IMG/VR virus record: IMGVR_UViG_3300033181_000003
Coordinates: 1 to 55,745 of that record
From: a virus
Lineage: Duplodnaviria; Caudoviricetes
DNA: 55,745 bases
Reading direction: 5' to 3' (one strand)
The first letter of the stretch is position 1. Each line of letters starts with the position of its first letter. The notes beneath the pieces are model-generated. The model was given only the letters and a program-made list of their open reading frames with translations. It did not search any database and was not told where the DNA came from. This document shows, in pieces, positions 54,309 to 55,745 of this stretch. The translations under genes were made by a program, and so were the position numbers.

Positions 54309-55589
54309 CACATGCCCCAACGAGTCAGCGTCCAGCCCAGCCCAGTCCTCAACGTCCGGCACCACCCGTGCGGCCGGTCGGAGCCGCTCAACCTCTTCGC
54401 GCAGCTCCGTGCGGGCCCGGTCCCGTGCGGCGGCCCTCGCCTCAAGCGCCACGGTCCACCCCTGCTCCCCGAGCAGTCGGCGGGCGTGGGTGTCCGAAGC
54501 GAACACTGCCAGCTCGGCCTCGGCCTCGTCCACGGCCCGTTGCACCGGGGCCAGGTCCGCGCTCTCATCCCCGCCGCCCTCGAATGTGGTCCCGGCGAAA
54601 GCCCGTGCCAGTCTCCCCGTCACATGCTCCTCAAGGGAGTCGGCGGTGATGAGCGCCGGCATCGTGCACATCGTCCCTCGGTAGCCGCTGACCGCCGCAC
54701 CGCACCGGTACATGCGGATGTTTGGTCCGCCCCTCCCACCGACCATGTGGTGCCCGCAGGACCCGCACCGGGCAAGCCCCGACAGGGGGTAGCGTCCACG
54801 CCCACGCCGTTTGACGGTCTCCCCGGGTTGGGCGAGTTCGAATGTCAGGCGGTCGATGAGCGGCGGGTGACCGGCCGGGTTGTGCAGGTCGCCGTAGGAC
54901 TGCTCCCCAAGGTAGGCGCGCAGGCTGAGGAGTCGGCGGGTGGTGGTGGTCGTCCAGGTGCGCTGCGGGACCGTCTCCGTCAGGTAGTCGATGGTGGCGT
55001 GCAGGCCATGGTTGCGGGCCCGACGGAACGCTTCGGCGACAATGGGGGCCTGGACAGGGTCGGGCTGGAGGGTCCCGTCCGCCTGGCGACGGTACCCGTA
55101 GGGTGTGCGGCTGATCTTCGCCCCACGCCCGACCGCGCGGGTCTTGGCGGTCTCCCACGAGGCTTTGACGTTGTTGAGCTCGAGGGCGCCGACGGCGAGC
55201 AGGACGGTGAGGATGAACTCACCGAACGGGCCGGTCGGGTCGATGTCCTCTTCGATGCAGGCGAGCACCCCGCCGGCCTGGCGGATGCGTTGCACGTCAC
55301 GGAGCGCTTCGGAGACGTTGCGTGCGAACCGGTTCAGTCGCCAGCAGGCCAGCCCACCCGTTTCCCCGGTCTCGATGCGGTGCAGGGCAGCTTTCAGCCC
55401 GGGCCGGTTCTGGCTGGCGCCGGACTCATCCTCGTCGGTGTGCCATTCGGCGACGATGATCTGCCGGTAGTCGGCCCAGCGCTGGATGGCTTCGCGTTGT
55501 ACGGTGGGCGAGATGTAGGCGGCGCCTTCACGTCCGAGGCGGCGGGAGACGCGGATGTAGCCGTCTACGGCCAAGGGTTTCTGCCCCAC
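54171..55589 (-). CDS. Large serine integrase
   Basis: YIRVS catalytic motif, SG....RPGL, RLNRFAR, PYGY recombinase domain, LSGL.RC..CG and Y.C Zn ribbon, coiled coil. Confidence 0.95.
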   Translation of the reverse strand: MGQKPLAVDGYIRVSRRLGREGAAYISPTVQREAIQRWADYRQIIVAEWHTDEDESGASQNRPGLKAALHRIETGETGGLACWRLNRFARNVSEALRDVQRIRQAGGVLACIEEDIDPTGPFGEFILTVLLAVGALELNNVKASWETAKTRAVGRGAKISRTPYGYRRQADGTLQPDPVQAPIVAEAFRRARNHGLHATIDYLTETVPQRTWTTTTTRRLLSLRAYLGEQSYGDLHNPAGHPPLIDRLTFELAQPGETVKRRGRGRYPLSGLARCGSCGHHMVGGRGGPNIRMYRCGAAVSGYRGTMCTMPALITADSLEEHVTGRLARAFAGTTFEGGGDESADLAPVQRAVDEAEAELAVFASDTHARRLLGEQGWTVALEARAAARDRARTELREEVERLRPAARVVPDVEDWAGLDADSLGHVLRGAFSAVVVRRGRGPVGERVTILSHDAEPEAGMTLVEDANPGGL

Positions 55590-55597
55590 GGGAAGGT

Positions 55598-55626
55598 ATT
55601 ATGCAGGTATCGACCAACCAGTTCAA
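55598..55626 (-). promoter_or_regulatory. Putative leaderless integrase promoter spanning attR
   Basis: Minus strand TTGAAC-17 nt-CATAAT-8 nt-GTG. Confidence 0.5.
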
Positions 55627-55745
55627 GAGCGGCAACCACATCGAGGTCGACGGCACCGTCTTCAAGGTCGTCGAGTTTCAGCACGTAAAGCCCGGCAAGG
55701 GCGGCGCCTTCGTACGGACCAAGCTGAGGCGCTCCTCTGACGGGG
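55601..55745 (+). CDS. efp: Elongation factor P (partial, runs off the window) with phage-supplied N-terminus
   Basis: [44 protein letters not shown], including the EF-P signature HVKPGKG.AFVR; GGAAGG upstream. Confidence 0.95.
   Translation, partial: MQVSTNQFKSGNHIEVDGTVFKVVEFQHVKPGKGGAFVRTKLRRSSDG
55602..55643. other. attR (phage P arm + host B' arm), predicted crossover TT at 55622-55623
   Basis: Inverted-repeat partner of the attL arm; shared CAGTTCA core. Confidence 0.8.

Larger units (their letters stand above)
124..55623. mobile_element. Temperate siphovirus-type prophage integrated in efp by a large serine recombinase
   Basis: Full set of phage modules (terminase, portal, capsid, tail, lysis, immunity, replication, integrase) bounded by the split efp and matching att half-sites. 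Confidence 0.95.

Noticed and set aside
54312-55688. 458-aa plus-strand ORF crossing attR
   Set aside because: Antisense shadow of the high-GC integrase gene, with no motifs, and out of frame with efp.

Overview
The window is almost exactly one apparently complete, ~55.5 kb high-GC temperate siphovirus-type prophage (about 124-55623). The host is an actinobacterium, probably Thermoleophilia/Solirubrobacterales-like (my inference from the EF-P sequence). A large serine integrase (54171-55589, minus strand) has inserted it into codon 7 of the host elongation factor P gene (efp). The original start (GTG-ISTNQF, 106-126) is stranded at the left end. The phage supplies a replacement RBS and N-terminus (MQVSTNQF, 55601) that rebuilds efp in frame at the right end. 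Joining the two ends gives a symmetric 42-bp attP with a central TT. Left to right the prophage carries: a GIY-YIG gene; a relic tRNA-Trp 3' half with terminator and arm-like repeats; small early genes; an HTH regulator and a putative late promoter; an atypical tRNA-fMet; a pre-terminase virion module (SGNH esterase spike, Thr/Ala repeat fibre); HNH, terminase and portal; head genes (scaffold, P22-gp5-like capsid); tail genes (tape measure with muralytic domains, CBM- and PA14-containing proteins); an elaborate lysis region (stand-alone GAF, collagen-like protein, lipoprotein GH25 lysin, holin-like proteins, rearranged papain-like peptidase, PLD, HNH, 3D-domain protein); an immunity region; and a recombination/replication operon (ERF, PD-(D/E)XK, RusA, initiator, mIHF-like, MT-A70). 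Two structural genes have single-base frameshifts in short homopolymers. All product calls come from reading motifs by eye; no database searches were run.
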